Shown here in pieces: positions 1 to 9,618 of a stretch of DNA of 64,000 bases. Under the pieces are notes generated by a model. That model was not told where the DNA came from and searched no databases. It worked only from the letters and a program-made list of their open reading frames with translations. The DNA comes from Planctomycetota bacterium. Its GTDB lineage: Bacteria; Planctomycetota; PLA2; JAEUHO01. Positions within the stretch are counted from its first letter, which is position 1. Each line of letters begins with the position of its first letter. Location of the stretch: the NCBI GenBank assembly GCA_965222115.1, contig CBDCTJ010000001.1, positions 512,001 to 576,000 of the forward strand, read 5' to 3'. The position numbers were made by a program, and so were the translations under genes.

Positions 1-568
1 CTTAGCGATCGCGCTTCTGTTTGCCGCGTTGATCCCCCCACTCATCGGCTGGCTTCCGTTGGCCGTGAGCGGGCTCGCAAGTGTGCTGCTCATGTTTGCC
101 ACGGGCTGCGTATCCAAGTCCGCGATCCGCGAGTCGATGGACTTTCGCATTCTCTTTCTTGTGGCCGGAACCATTCCACTGGGCATGGCGCTCGAGCAAC
201 ACGGTGTTGCGGGGGAGACAGCCAACTGGATCCTCACCCTAGGCGGTCCATTCGGAACGGCAGGTGTGTTGAGCGCACTCTTCGTTATCAGCGCCGTTTT
301 GAGTACCACCAGCAACAACGGAGCCGCGGCCGTGATTCTCTCACCGGTCGCATGGCAAGTTTCTCAATCTTCCGGACTGGCGTTGGAGAAGTCATTGCTT
401 GCCGTGGCATTCGGTACGAGTTGCGCCTACATGCTTCCGTTTGCGCACCAATGCAATCTGATGGTGATGGGTCCGGGTGGTTATCGCACCAAGGACTTTG
501 CCAAAGTTGGACTGGGTATGAGCATCGTGATGGCCGTTATGACCATCGTGATGTTGGTTCTCATCTGA
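1..568 (+). CDS. SLC13/DASS family permease, C-terminal part (5'-truncated by window edge)
   Basis: Hydrophobic ORF open to the left edge; motifs 'SNNGAAAVILSP' and 'PFAHQCNLMVMGPGGYRTKDF' typical of SLC13/TrkA-C permeases. Confidence 0.85.
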   Translation, partial: LAIALLFAALIPPLIGWLPLAVSGLASVLLMFATGCVSKSAIRESMDFRILFLVAGTIPLGMALEQHGVAGETANWILTLGGPFGTAGVLSALFVISAVLSTTSNNGAAAVILSPVAWQVSQSSGLALEKSLLAVAFGTSCAYMLPFAHQCNLMVMGPGGYRTKDFAKVGLGMSIVMAVMTIVMLVLI

Positions 569-789
569 TCTACAATCTCTACGGCCTACGCCGCATCCGA
601 ATCTGAACCTGAATCACTCGCCTAACCCTGCCACGTTCCTCCGCTGGACAAAATTGCGCGCACGCGCCAAGACGTGTAACGACTCCCGTCGATTCGCGAA
701 TCCCCCGGCCCATGCAAGCCTCAGACGCCGTCTTGTAGAAGGACCGTTGCGAAGGGATCACCGGACCGCCATTTCACGCACGACTCGAA

Positions 790-825
790 CCCTCACCCCC
801 ACCCCCTCTCCCAAAGGGAGAGGGG
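790..825. repeat. REP-like palindrome CCCTCACCCC..CCCCTCTCCC-AAA-GGGAGAGGGG
   Basis: Perfect 10-bp stem (803-812/816-825) preceded by CCCTCACCCC, in a convergent intergenic region. Confidence 0.7.
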
Positions 826-863
826 AGCTAAGAACGCAGATAACGGCACCGGCCGGAATCTTC

Positions 864-2522
864 TTACATCCTCTTATACTTCGGTCCGCTCCCACCCTCA
901 CGCGGCGTCCACCTCGGCCCCAACACGTCCGTTGCCTTGCAATCGATGCAGTTAGGTGCATTCACGCGAAAACCCTCGGATGTTGTCTCGTACACGCCGG
1001 CGGGACACATACTCGAATAGAAGTCCTCGGCCATTGGCGAAGCGTGCTCCGCGACGATCAAATGAGACGGAATGTCGTCGCGGGTTTGATTGCCGGACTT
1101 ATAAACGGCGTCCACTTTGCTAAAGGTGCGCTCATTATCGGGGACAAACGGTTCTGCGCGGGCGAGCACTTTGGGCTCCGCTGCATCTTCTTCGACGTCG
1201 ATTCTGCTTCCAAAGAGCGCACCCTTGGTGGCGATCATGGCGCCTGATAATGCGCCGCCCTTCACGAAGCCCTTCTTGAACGCAAGACGCACATTGCGAG
1301 TCTCGTGCATGTCTTCCAGGATGTAGCTATCGCGAACGGCGGCGTCGTACGACCCAAGCGCTGCGCGTGAGGTGTCGCCCTTCTTGAGCGCGTCGAAGAT
1401 GGTGCGCGCCGCCAACATGCCGGAATGCATGGCGTAGTGAATGCCCTTGAGCGACGGTACATCAACAAATCCTGCCGCGTCGCCCACCACCAAGACGCCA
1501 TCGCCGTGGAGTCGTTCAGGGAGCGAGTGGAATCCGCCTTCGGGAATGGTCTTGGCGCCCCACTCCACCATTTCGCCGCCTTCTAGCAGTTTGTCGAGCA
1601 ACGGATGACGCTTGAGGCGCTGCAAGAGGTGATGCACATCGAGCGACTGCTCGTGATAGTCCATGCCCACAACAAGTCCCAAGGAAACGAGGTTGTCTTC
1701 CATGGGGTACACAAAGCTTCCGCCGAAGGCACTGCGCGGAAGTGGCCAGCCTAACGTGTGAATCATGCGATCCAACGGCTGCTTGGTTTCCCAGAGTTCT
1801 TTAATGCCCAAGGCGAAGATCTGCGGATTGGGGCTCTTGATGCGTTGTTGCTGCATCCATGCCTGCACAAGCGATCCGCGTGTGCCTTCGGAGAGCACCG
1901 TTACGCGCGCCGCTAGGTCGCCGGGCGGTTCGTAACCGGGCCCGGGCGTTCCATCGCGCTTCTCACCAACCGCAACCGTGCGCACACCCGCCACACGATC
2001 CTCGTCCATGAGCAGTGACGCGGCAGGAAAGCCGGTGAACACATTCACACCCAAGCCCTCGGCCTTTTCGCCAAGCCATCGCACGATCTCGCAGATCGAT
2101 GCAATGTAGTTGCCGTGGTTTTTCATCGTTGGCGGCACAGGCATGCGGATCGATTTATCTTCCGTGAGCATGTAGACGCGCTCTTTGCCTACCGGCCGGC
2201 GAAAGGGAAAGTCCTTGTCCGATAGCTCAGGGAATAGCTCGCGCATGGCGCGTGGGTTTACGACCGCGCCCGAGAGGTTGTGCTGACCGACTTCGGCGGC
2301 CTTCTCCAAAACGGCAATCTCGATCTCACCCAAGCCGCCGCCCGCGTCATTGTCCTTCTTGATCAGTCGCGCGAGCTCGATGGCGCCCGCCATGCCTGCA
2401 GGTCCGCCACCCACAAACAATACGTCCATAGGAACGGCGTCGTCACCGGGCGTCTCGCGCACAAGCAACTTATCCATGGGGAGCGGCGCTTGGTGGCGAA
2501 GAGGAATCAACTTAGGAGGCAT
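864..2522 (-). CDS. Electron transfer flavoprotein-ubiquinone oxidoreductase (ETF-QO)
   Basis: GGGPAG FAD motif, 'LSGAV', 'GDAAGF..KGIHYAM', C-terminal 'CPAGVYE...NCIDCK..D...EGGSGP'; ATG at 2522 preferred. Confidence 0.93.
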   Translation of the reverse strand: MPPKLIPLRHQAPLPMDKLLVRETPGDDAVPMDVLFVGGGPAGMAGAIELARLIKKDNDAGGGLGEIEIAVLEKAAEVGQHNLSGAVVNPRAMRELFPELSDKDFPFRRPVGKERVYMLTEDKSIRMPVPPTMKNHGNYIASICEIVRWLGEKAEGLGVNVFTGFPAASLLMDEDRVAGVRTVAVGEKRDGTPGPGYEPPGDLAARVTVLSEGTRGSLVQAWMQQQRIKSPNPQIFALGIKELWETKQPLDRMIHTLGWPLPRSAFGGSFVYPMEDNLVSLGLVVGMDYHEQSLDVHHLLQRLKRHPLLDKLLEGGEMVEWGAKTIPEGGFHSLPERLHGDGVLVVGDAAGFVDVPSLKGIHYAMHSGMLAARTIFDALKKGDTSRAALGSYDAAVRDSYILEDMHETRNVRLAFKKGFVKGGALSGAMIATKGALFGSRIDVEEDAAEPKVLARAEPFVPDNERTFSKVDAVYKSGNQTRDDIPSHLIVAEHASPMAEDFYSSMCPAGVYETTSEGFRVNAPNCIDCKATDVLGPRWTPREGGSGPKYKRM

Positions 2523-2566
2523 GAGCGAGTGTCCAACAAGTTGCAACGGGAAGTGAAAACGAATGA

Positions 2567-3874
2567 CTAGCTGACTGCGCGATCCGATACGCCTAGATAG
2601 TGCGAAAGCACGCGAATCATGGGCGCCACGTCACCGGATCCGGCCATCTCACGACACGAATGCATCGACAACATGGGGTTGCCAACGTCCACGGTTCGAA
2701 TGCCGAGCGACGCACTTGCGATGGGTCCAATCGTGGAACCACAACCCATATCATTACGCGACACGAAGTGCTGATAGGACACGCCGGCATCGGTGCAAAG
2801 GCTCGCAAAGTAGCCTCCAGTTCCTGAATCGCTGGCGTACGACTGACCTTGGTTCCATTTGATGACGGGTCCCGCGCCTAGACGCGGCATGTGGGCGGGA
2901 TCGTGTCGATCTTCATAATTTGGATGCACGGCGTGGGCCATGTCACACGACACGAGCGTGCTCATCGCCATGCAACGACGGAGATCTTCGCGACCGCCGG
3001 TCAAGCGCGAGAACACATCGCGCAGGAACGATCCGGCGGCGCCGTCGGCCGTGCGACTGCCCACTTCTTCGTGATCCCAAAGTGCGACAATGCGCGTAAA
3101 TGGCGCCGGCGCGTCGCTTCCGGCGAGCAAGGCCGAAAGCGCGGCATGGCAGGAACCCAGATTATCGAGTCGCGGCGCATTGATGAATACGTCGTCAACA
3201 CCCGCAAGCGACGACGGCTGCGTATCGTAAAGCATTAGATCGTGGGCCAAAATCTGCGAAGGGCGTACGGGAAGTTCTTCGTAACTCTCCACAATGGCGT
3301 CCAACACCATGGATTCCAATGTGGGCGCAGATTGCAATCCGACCAACGGGCGAAGATGGCGCTGCGGATTGAGTTTCAATCCGTCGCTTCGAATCTCGCG
3401 CTGAAGATGGATGGCGAGGTTGGGAACGCGAAAGAGCGGCTTTTCAAGATCCACTAACGCCTCAAAGCGCGCGCCTTCGTCCGTGCGCACCGTGACGCGA
3501 CCGGCAAGCGATAGGTCGCGATCCAACCACGTGTGCAGCAACACACCGCCGTAGGGCTCAATGCCCAACACAGAACAACCGCCGCGCACGCCGTCGGGAT
3601 TGGGGCGTATGCGCAAGTTGGGTGAGTCGGTGTGGGCTCCAATGACATTGCACCCGGCCTCAACGATGGGCTCTTCGCCAACATGAAAGGCGATGATCGA
3701 GCCCTCATTGCGAATGACATAGGCCTGCGTGCCGGGCTGGATGTCCCACGGATCCTGCTCCACGATGCGGACGTAGCCCGCGGCATCCAAGCGCCGGGCC
3801 ACCTCTTCCACCGCGTGATACGGCGTGGGCGAGGCATCAATGAAACGAAGCAGATCGCGTGCGGATTCGAGCAT
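2567..3874 (-). CDS. apeB: M18 family aminopeptidase
   Basis: 'SPTPYHAV', 'GAHTDSP', 'RLDNL', 'DHEEVGS', 'DMAHAVHPNY', 'CGSTIGP', 'MHSCRE'. Confidence 0.93.
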   Translation of the reverse strand: MLESARDLLRFIDASPTPYHAVEEVARRLDAAGYVRIVEQDPWDIQPGTQAYVIRNEGSIIAFHVGEEPIVEAGCNVIGAHTDSPNLRIRPNPDGVRGGCSVLGIEPYGGVLLHTWLDRDLSLAGRVTVRTDEGARFEALVDLEKPLFRVPNLAIHLQREIRSDGLKLNPQRHLRPLVGLQSAPTLESMVLDAIVESYEELPVRPSQILAHDLMLYDTQPSSLAGVDDVFINAPRLDNLGSCHAALSALLAGSDAPAPFTRIVALWDHEEVGSRTADGAAGSFLRDVFSRLTGGREDLRRCMAMSTLVSCDMAHAVHPNYEDRHDPAHMPRLGAGPVIKWNQGQSYASDSGTGGYFASLCTDAGVSYQHFVSRNDMGCGSTIGPIASASLGIRTVDVGNPMLSMHSCREMAGSGDVAPMIRVLSHYLGVSDRAVS

Positions 3875-3948
3875 GAGGCGCAAGATAGCTCAAAACACGT
3901 TCGCGCCATGGGCATATCGCGGCGCGCCAACAGAGATCGGCCACGTGG

Positions 3949-5166
3949 CTACAGCGCGGTGCGGCAGCGAGGGCACTCCGTGACGCGTGAGGCAAGTTCC
4001 GGCGGAACCTTGAGGATCGCTGAGCAGCCGGGGCACTCACGCTTGGTGTACTTCGACGCGGTAAGAAACGCATCGGAGGCGGCGCGACGACGCTTCACGG
4101 TGGTGTCGAGCTTAGGTTCATCGGCGGGCGGTGCACCAACCAGCGGCGCCACGGTGGACGATTCCGCCAAGGAACGCGCGCCCATCACACTCTTTCCGGT
4201 CATCTTGCGATAGGCCGACTCGTAGGCGCGGTAGCTCACGTCGCCCGATAGACCACGAAGAATGGCTATGCGCTTCTCGATGGGCGGATGCGTCGCAAAA
4301 CTTGAGTTGGCTTGCGCCTTTTCGCCGGCCTTGAGCGGTCGCACGATGTACATCGGCGCCGTCACCTTGCTCTCGTCGGCCAACGCAAGACGCTCGCGGC
4401 CGCCGTAAGCGATCTTCTCAAGTGCCGATGCCAGCCCCTCGGGGTAGCGCGTAAACAATGCGCCCGATGCATCGGCCAAGTACTCCCGCTTGCGAGAAAG
4501 CGCGAAGTAAATCAACTGCGCGAGTAGAGGTGCAAGAATCAACAGCACAAGCGAAATGATCAGTATCACAATTTGTGCTGCGCCGTCCTCCTTGTTGCTG
4601 CTACGCGATCGGCGCCCCCCGCCATGCCACAACACGCGCATGGCAATCTCGGCGATCATGACGATGACACCCATCATGATTCCGGCGGTAGTAATGAGCG
4701 CCACGTCGCGATTCTTAATGTGGCCAAGTTCATGGGCCACGACGCCTTGAAGCTCGGCACGATTCAGTGTGCGTAACAGGCCTGTCGTGACGGCAACCGA
4801 CGCCTTGTCGGGCGACTGACCCGTTGCAAACGCGTTGGGCGACGGATCGTCAACAATGTAGATATCGGGACGCTTGGGTAGTTGCGCCGCGATGGTCATC
4901 TCATCGACAACATTAACGAGCATGGGGTGGTCCTTGCGCTCGATCTTTCGCGCGCGCGCCATGCCCAGCATGATGTTGTCACCCGATGTTTTGGTCGTGA
5001 CCCAAAGGATGAGCCAAAGCACAACGGCGATGACGGCACCGGGGACGAGTCCGCCCTCCCCCAACAGCATGCCGCCGCCCGCGGCGCCCATGGCCACCAG
5101 CAGCGCGCCCATACCGCCAACCACAAAGCGGCTACGGATTTGGTTGGAACGGATTTGTTCCCACAC
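3949..5166 (-). CDS. htpX: HtpX-like M48 zinc metalloprotease with C-terminal zinc ribbon
   Basis: 'PNAFATG', 'HELGH', 'SRKREYLAD', 'THPP..RI'; C-terminal CPGC...CPRC. Confidence 0.9.
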   Translation of the reverse strand: MWEQIRSNQIRSRFVVGGMGALLVAMGAAGGGMLLGEGGLVPGAVIAVVLWLILWVTTKTSGDNIMLGMARARKIERKDHPMLVNVVDEMTIAAQLPKRPDIYIVDDPSPNAFATGQSPDKASVAVTTGLLRTLNRAELQGVVAHELGHIKNRDVALITTAGIMMGVIVMIAEIAMRVLWHGGGRRSRSSNKEDGAAQIVILIISLVLLILAPLLAQLIYFALSRKREYLADASGALFTRYPEGLASALEKIAYGGRERLALADESKVTAPMYIVRPLKAGEKAQANSSFATHPPIEKRIAILRGLSGDVSYRAYESAYRKMTGKSVMGARSLAESSTVAPLVGAPPADEPKLDTTVKRRRAASDAFLTASKYTKRECPGCSAILKVPPELASRVTECPRCRTAL

Positions 5167-5257
5167 GGGCGGCTACCTCGCTTCGACGCGCAAGATTCGA
5201 CACGCTCGACTTCGGTGGTGTCGAGCGTGGTTCAACGAAAGGAAATGCGACGCTGCG

Positions 5258-5836
5258 TTAGAAGCTCACCTTGGGGGCTTCGCGCTCAGCCTGGTCTTCC
5301 AGCTCAAACATCTCGGCCTTCTCAAAGCTTCCGCTAATCATATTTGCGGGAAACGTCTCACGGCGGTTGTTGTACATGGTGGCCGTGTCGTTATAGGCCT
5401 GGCGTGCAAACCCAATGCGATTCTCAGTATGCGTCAACTCTTCTTGAAGTTGCATGAACTGCTCATTGGCTTTCAGGTCGGGGTATTTTTCCGAGAGACC
5501 AAAGAACCCTGTCATGGCGGCGCCAAGCGCGGTTTCTGCACGCGCCACGGCGCCGGGTCCCTGGGTGCGAGCGCCCACAGCCATGTTTCGAGCTTGAATG
5601 ACCTTTTCTAACGTTTCGGCTTCGTGCTTCATGTAGCCCTTGGCGGTCTCAACCATGTTGGGAATCAAGTCGTGGCGGCGCTTCAACTGAACATCGATCT
5701 GCGACCACGCGTTCTTGACAAGGTTGCGCGCGCGCACCAACCCGTTGTAGGTACCGATAAGCCACATGACCGCCAACGCGGCCACACCGATGGCAATCCA
5801 TATCGGTGTCGAAATCTGTGCAAGCTCGTGCATCAC
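5258..5836 (-). CDS. lemA: LemA family protein
   Basis: 'YNGLV..RN...NAWSQIDVQLKRRHDLIPN', 'YPDLKAN', 'FPAN'. Confidence 0.95.
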   Translation of the reverse strand: MMHELAQISTPIWIAIGVAALAVMWLIGTYNGLVRARNLVKNAWSQIDVQLKRRHDLIPNMVETAKGYMKHEAETLEKVIQARNMAVGARTQGPGAVARAETALGAAMTGFFGLSEKYPDLKANEQFMQLQEELTHTENRIGFARQAYNDTATMYNNRRETFPANMISGSFEKAEMFELEDQAEREAPKVSF

Positions 5837-5884
5837 CAGTCACTCCTCTTGCGAGCCGTCCCTACGGGTGCTCGCGGGCTCACG

Positions 5885-6370
5885 CTAGGCGTGGGCCTCT
5901 GACTCTTCGTCAACGGGTTCGACCACCGGACCCGTTGATGAAAATGAACCTAGAAACTCTCGGACTTGAAGAAGCGATTTGTCGCGCTCCCCAAGATGAC
6001 TCAACATGATTTGTTCGAGTTCGCCATGATCGAACCACGTGCCGTGATCCGCTGGGCAGCGATCAAGAATGACGCCCTTATCCGAGGCAGGATCTCGGAC
6101 GTGCTTCATCTTTCGTGAACATCGCGGGCATCGACGGGTGGGGACGCGCGCCCCCCATCGCCGGAAGAATCCTCGCGGCAACTCCTCCAGTCGCAAATCG
6201 AGATCGCGTAACATCTGCGGCGCGCCCACAACGTCAAACAACTGGCGCAGTTCGTCTTCGTCAAACCAGATGCCACAGCGCTCCACGCAGAGGTCGAGTT
6301 CAATATTCTTGAACTCCACAATGATCTGCGGTGTCTTGCATACCGGGCACAACATGAGACGGAAGTTCAC
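5885..6370 (-). CDS. Double zinc-ribbon (zf-TFIIB-like) protein
   Basis: Two 'CPxC...D.C...G.WFD..EL' repeats. Confidence 0.8.
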   Translation of the reverse strand: MNFRLMLCPVCKTPQIIVEFKNIELDLCVERCGIWFDEDELRQLFDVVGAPQMLRDLDLRLEELPRGFFRRWGARVPTRRCPRCSRKMKHVRDPASDKGVILDRCPADHGTWFDHGELEQIMLSHLGERDKSLLQVREFLGSFSSTGPVVEPVDEESEAHA

Positions 6371-6423
6371 CTAACGACGGCGGAAACGGTCGCGCTTCGG
6401 CGCGGCGCACAGCATACCGAATC

Positions 6424-7641
6424 TCACGCCGATGAGGCGCCTCGGGGCAAAATCCAGAGCCCTAAGACGAAGAAAATGGCCACGGCGGCCACCGCGGGAC
6501 GCTGACTGCCCGCCCAGGCCGAGAGTCCACCAAAAAGCAGTGGTCCGGCCACGGATCCGCTGCGTCCGCACAGCGCGTACAGACCGAAATACTCTGCCTC
6601 CCGACCCTGCGGTGTGAGTCGCGCCATCTCCGCCCGCGATGTGGCTTGGATGGCACCGAGGCCCAGGCCGGCCAGCGCCGAAACCACAAAGAATGCCGGC
6701 TTGTTGGTTGCGAAAAACGCACCCACAACCACGCCCAACCACCAAATCAGTAGTACGCGCAACACGGGACGGGGACCGAATTGATCGGCAGGTCTCGCCG
6801 CAAGGTGGGCGCCAACCAATGCAGTGACCTGAACGAGTGCCCAGAGGATGACATTCTCCGTCATCGAAAAGCCAAGCGTGTGTGCGGCGTATACCGCCGC
6901 AAAGTGAACGGCGGTTGTGACGCCGTCCATGTAGCAAAAGTACGCGCATAAGAACCGACGCAGATCCGGTACACGCCACACGTGGCGAATGGTTGACAGC
7001 GTTGCGCGCATGCCTTGCATCCCCGCACGTATGGCTACGCCCGACGTTGGTTCGTCGGCCGGCATGTGTCGAAGCATGGGAATTGCGGCGAGCGCCCATT
7101 GCAGCGCCAACGCGATCCAGATCCAGGTGAGCAGTCCATTCGAAGCGAGCGGCGCGGCGATCCCGAGTGCAACCAACGACCCGACATAGCCTACGGAAAA
7201 GCCACGCGCCGACAGGCGACCCAAGCGATCTCGCGTGGTGAGCTCGGGCAAGTATGCGTTGTAAAAAACGGCGGCGGCTTCATAGGCGTAGTTGGCGAGA
7301 AGCGCGATCACGAAGCCGAAGATCGCCATGCCCGGCTTCACGAACGAAAACAGGAGCACGCAGCCAATCGCAATCGCAGTGAAGATCAGCCACAGTCGTT
7401 TCCGACGGCCCGATGCATCGGCAATGCCGCCCAAGAATGGCGCGGTGATAGCGACAAGCGTCATCGAAACGGCGATGAGCACACCCAACCACGCACTTCC
7501 CTCCGTACCCCCCACCACATGCCTGGTGAAATAGGTCGCGAAGATCGACGGAAAGAGCACGGCGTAGGCGGAGTTGCCAAAGTCGTAGGAACACCACGCC
7601 TTGGCTTGGGCGCTCCAGCGCGGTGTCGCGGCGTCCTTCAT
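6424..7641 (-). CDS. MFS transporter (UMF1/Atg22 family)
   Basis: 'AWCSYDFGNSAY', 'FYNAYLP', 'GYVGS', 'EYFGLYA'; many TM segments; ATG at 7641 preferred. Confidence 0.88.
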   Translation of the reverse strand: MKDAATPRWSAQAKAWCSYDFGNSAYAVLFPSIFATYFTRHVVGGTEGSAWLGVLIAVSMTLVAITAPFLGGIADASGRRKRLWLIFTAIAIGCVLLFSFVKPGMAIFGFVIALLANYAYEAAAVFYNAYLPELTTRDRLGRLSARGFSVGYVGSLVALGIAAPLASNGLLTWIWIALALQWALAAIPMLRHMPADEPTSGVAIRAGMQGMRATLSTIRHVWRVPDLRRFLCAYFCYMDGVTTAVHFAAVYAAHTLGFSMTENVILWALVQVTALVGAHLAARPADQFGPRPVLRVLLIWWLGVVVGAFFATNKPAFFVVSALAGLGLGAIQATSRAEMARLTPQGREAEYFGLYALCGRSGSVAGPLLFGGLSAWAGSQRPAVAAVAIFFVLGLWILPRGASSA

Positions 7642-7852
7642 GGACCAACCCACGTGCCCGCCGAATCCAAGGAACATGCGAAATCGCCCCTCAAGGCAGT
7701 GATGCCTGGATGGGGCAGGTGCACCTGAACGCAGTACGATTGGGGGTCTGGCATGCCGATTAGGATCATTCAAGCCTGCGCTGACCGAGGAGTCGGAAGG
7801 CGACAGTGCCCATGCAAACTACCAACGCGACCCTCGAGGAGATGCATTCGCC

Positions 7853-8908
7853 ATGACGAATTCGATTTGCAGCCGCGGCGGCAACTATCGCGACGAATTG
7901 ATGGCCACGGCAAAGGCAATGGTAGCACCGGGCAAAGGCATTCTCGCTGCCGACGAAAGCACACCCACCATCAAGAAGCGCTTTGACAGCATTGGCGTGG
8001 AGTCCACCGAGACGAACCGCCGCGACTATCGCCAACTGCTGTTTACCACCGACGGTGCCGCCGACAACATCAGTGGCGTCATCCTCTTTGACGAGACGCT
8101 TCGCCAATCTGCAGCCGACGGCACGCCCTTCGTCAGGTTGCTGGGCAGCAAGGGCATGATCCCCGGCATCAAAGTCGACAAAGGCGCCAAGCCGCTCGCG
8201 GGATGCCCCGGTGAAAAGGTCACCGAAGGACTCGACGGCCTCCTCGATCGCTGCAAGGAGTACTACGAGATTGGCGCTCGCTTTTCCAAGTGGCGCGCGG
8301 TGATCACCATCGGCGACGAGATTCCTTCGCTCGCTTGCTTTGAAGCCAATGCCCACGCGCTGGCGCGTTACGCTGCGATCTCCCAAGCCGCAGGACTTGT
8401 GCCCATCGTTGAGCCGGAAGTGTTGATGGATGGATCCCACACCATCGAACGCTGCGAAGAGGTCACGTCCAAAGTTCTCGGACTCGTATTCCGCGAACTC
8501 GATGCGCAAAACGTATTGCTCGAAGGCATCGTGCTTAAGCCCAATATGGTGATTTCTGGCACCGACTGCAAGACTCAGGCCTCCGTAGACGACGTCGCCG
8601 CCGCCACCGTCCGCTGTCTCAAGCGGTACGTCCCGGGCGCCGTACCCGGCATTGCATTTCTTTCGGGTGGTCAAACCGAAGAACAAGCAAGCGCCCACCT
8701 CAGTGCCATGAATCGCATCCCCGGCCTTCCGTGGGAACTCAGCTTCTCCTATGGACGCGCGCTCCAAGCCGCGGCCCTCAAAGCGTGGGGTGGCAAAGCC
8801 GAGAATGTTGGCAGCGCACAGAGTGCATTCCGCCATCGCGCGCGGTGCAATGGCAAAGCACGCGACGGGAGCTACACCCCCGACATGGAGAAGGAAGCGG
8901 TTGCGTAG
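7853..8908 (+). CDS. fba: Class I fructose-bisphosphate aldolase
   Basis: 'GKGILAADES', 'GIKVDKG', 'VPIVEPE', 'LKPNMV' Schiff-base Lys, 'FLSGGQ', 'FSYGRALQ'. Confidence 0.96.
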   Translation: MTNSICSRGGNYRDELMATAKAMVAPGKGILAADESTPTIKKRFDSIGVESTETNRRDYRQLLFTTDGAADNISGVILFDETLRQSAADGTPFVRLLGSKGMIPGIKVDKGAKPLAGCPGEKVTEGLDGLLDRCKEYYEIGARFSKWRAVITIGDEIPSLACFEANAHALARYAAISQAAGLVPIVEPEVLMDGSHTIERCEEVTSKVLGLVFRELDAQNVLLEGIVLKPNMVISGTDCKTQASVDDVAAATVRCLKRYVPGAVPGIAFLSGGQTEEQASAHLSAMNRIPGLPWELSFSYGRALQAAALKAWGGKAENVGSAQSAFRHRARCNGKARDGSYTPDMEKEAVA

Positions 8909-9304
8909 GCGTTGAAGGCGACGAGGACATGCTTCGGGTCTAAAGCGGCTCATCTCACGCAGAGGCGCTACGTTGCGGAGGCGCCCTTCGATGCGCACGG
9001 CGCGAATCTTTGATTCGCTAGTGCTTACTCAGGATCTCTGATCCAGGAGCCTTCGGCACTGGATCATCGACAGGAACTCATTAGTGCAGGTGAATTGCGG
9101 GTTTCGGGGGCGCGGCTGGAAGAAAAAGCTCACACGAAGAACGCTAAGAATCGAAGCGCAAGCGTGGCAGCACGTGACTTGGCGAATGCGTGTGGAAACT
9201 GGTTTGGAGCGCCAATGGAGAAGAGAAGAAGACTCTCACCAAGATCGCCAAGCGCAGCCGTTGATGTGAAACTCATGTCTATGTGACCTGTCGATGCGGA
9301 TATG

Positions 9305-9407
9305 GCCCCAACGGGGACAAAGTTGATAGCCCAGGATGAAACTTAGCGGGGCGACGTGAAATCCTGGGTCCAGCATCAACAACAAGATTGGCGCCCTGCA
9401 GGGGCGC
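9305..9407. repeat. Degenerate multi-hairpin REP-like element
   Basis: GCCCCAACGGGGAC; CCCAGGAT...ATCCTGGG; GCGCCCTGCAGGGGCGC in a convergent intergenic region. Confidence 0.5.
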
Positions 9408-9618
9408 AAGCCGCGAGAGCTAACGATAGAAAAGAAAACGAATCTATATGATGCGAAGACACCTCAAGACGCGTGTCGGAGATTCCGAGGGTCGAAGACC
9501 CGATGGAATCGCAGACCCTGAGTAAGCAAGGTGTGGATCAACGATCCACACCGCGCGCATCGAAGGGCCGAACCACAACTAACGCATGTCGAATTGATGC
9601 AACGGGCTACACCAGAGA

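Noticed and set aside
621-760. GCCTAAC as an integron attC end
   Set aside because: No matching GTTRRRY at a suitable distance, no cassette array and no intI.
7766-8998. 410-aa antisense ORF over the aldolase (also 43322-44530, 49282-50211, 10809-11855 and similar)
   Set aside because: Shadow ORFs caused by high-GC codon bias; they carry no motifs and overlap well-supported genes.
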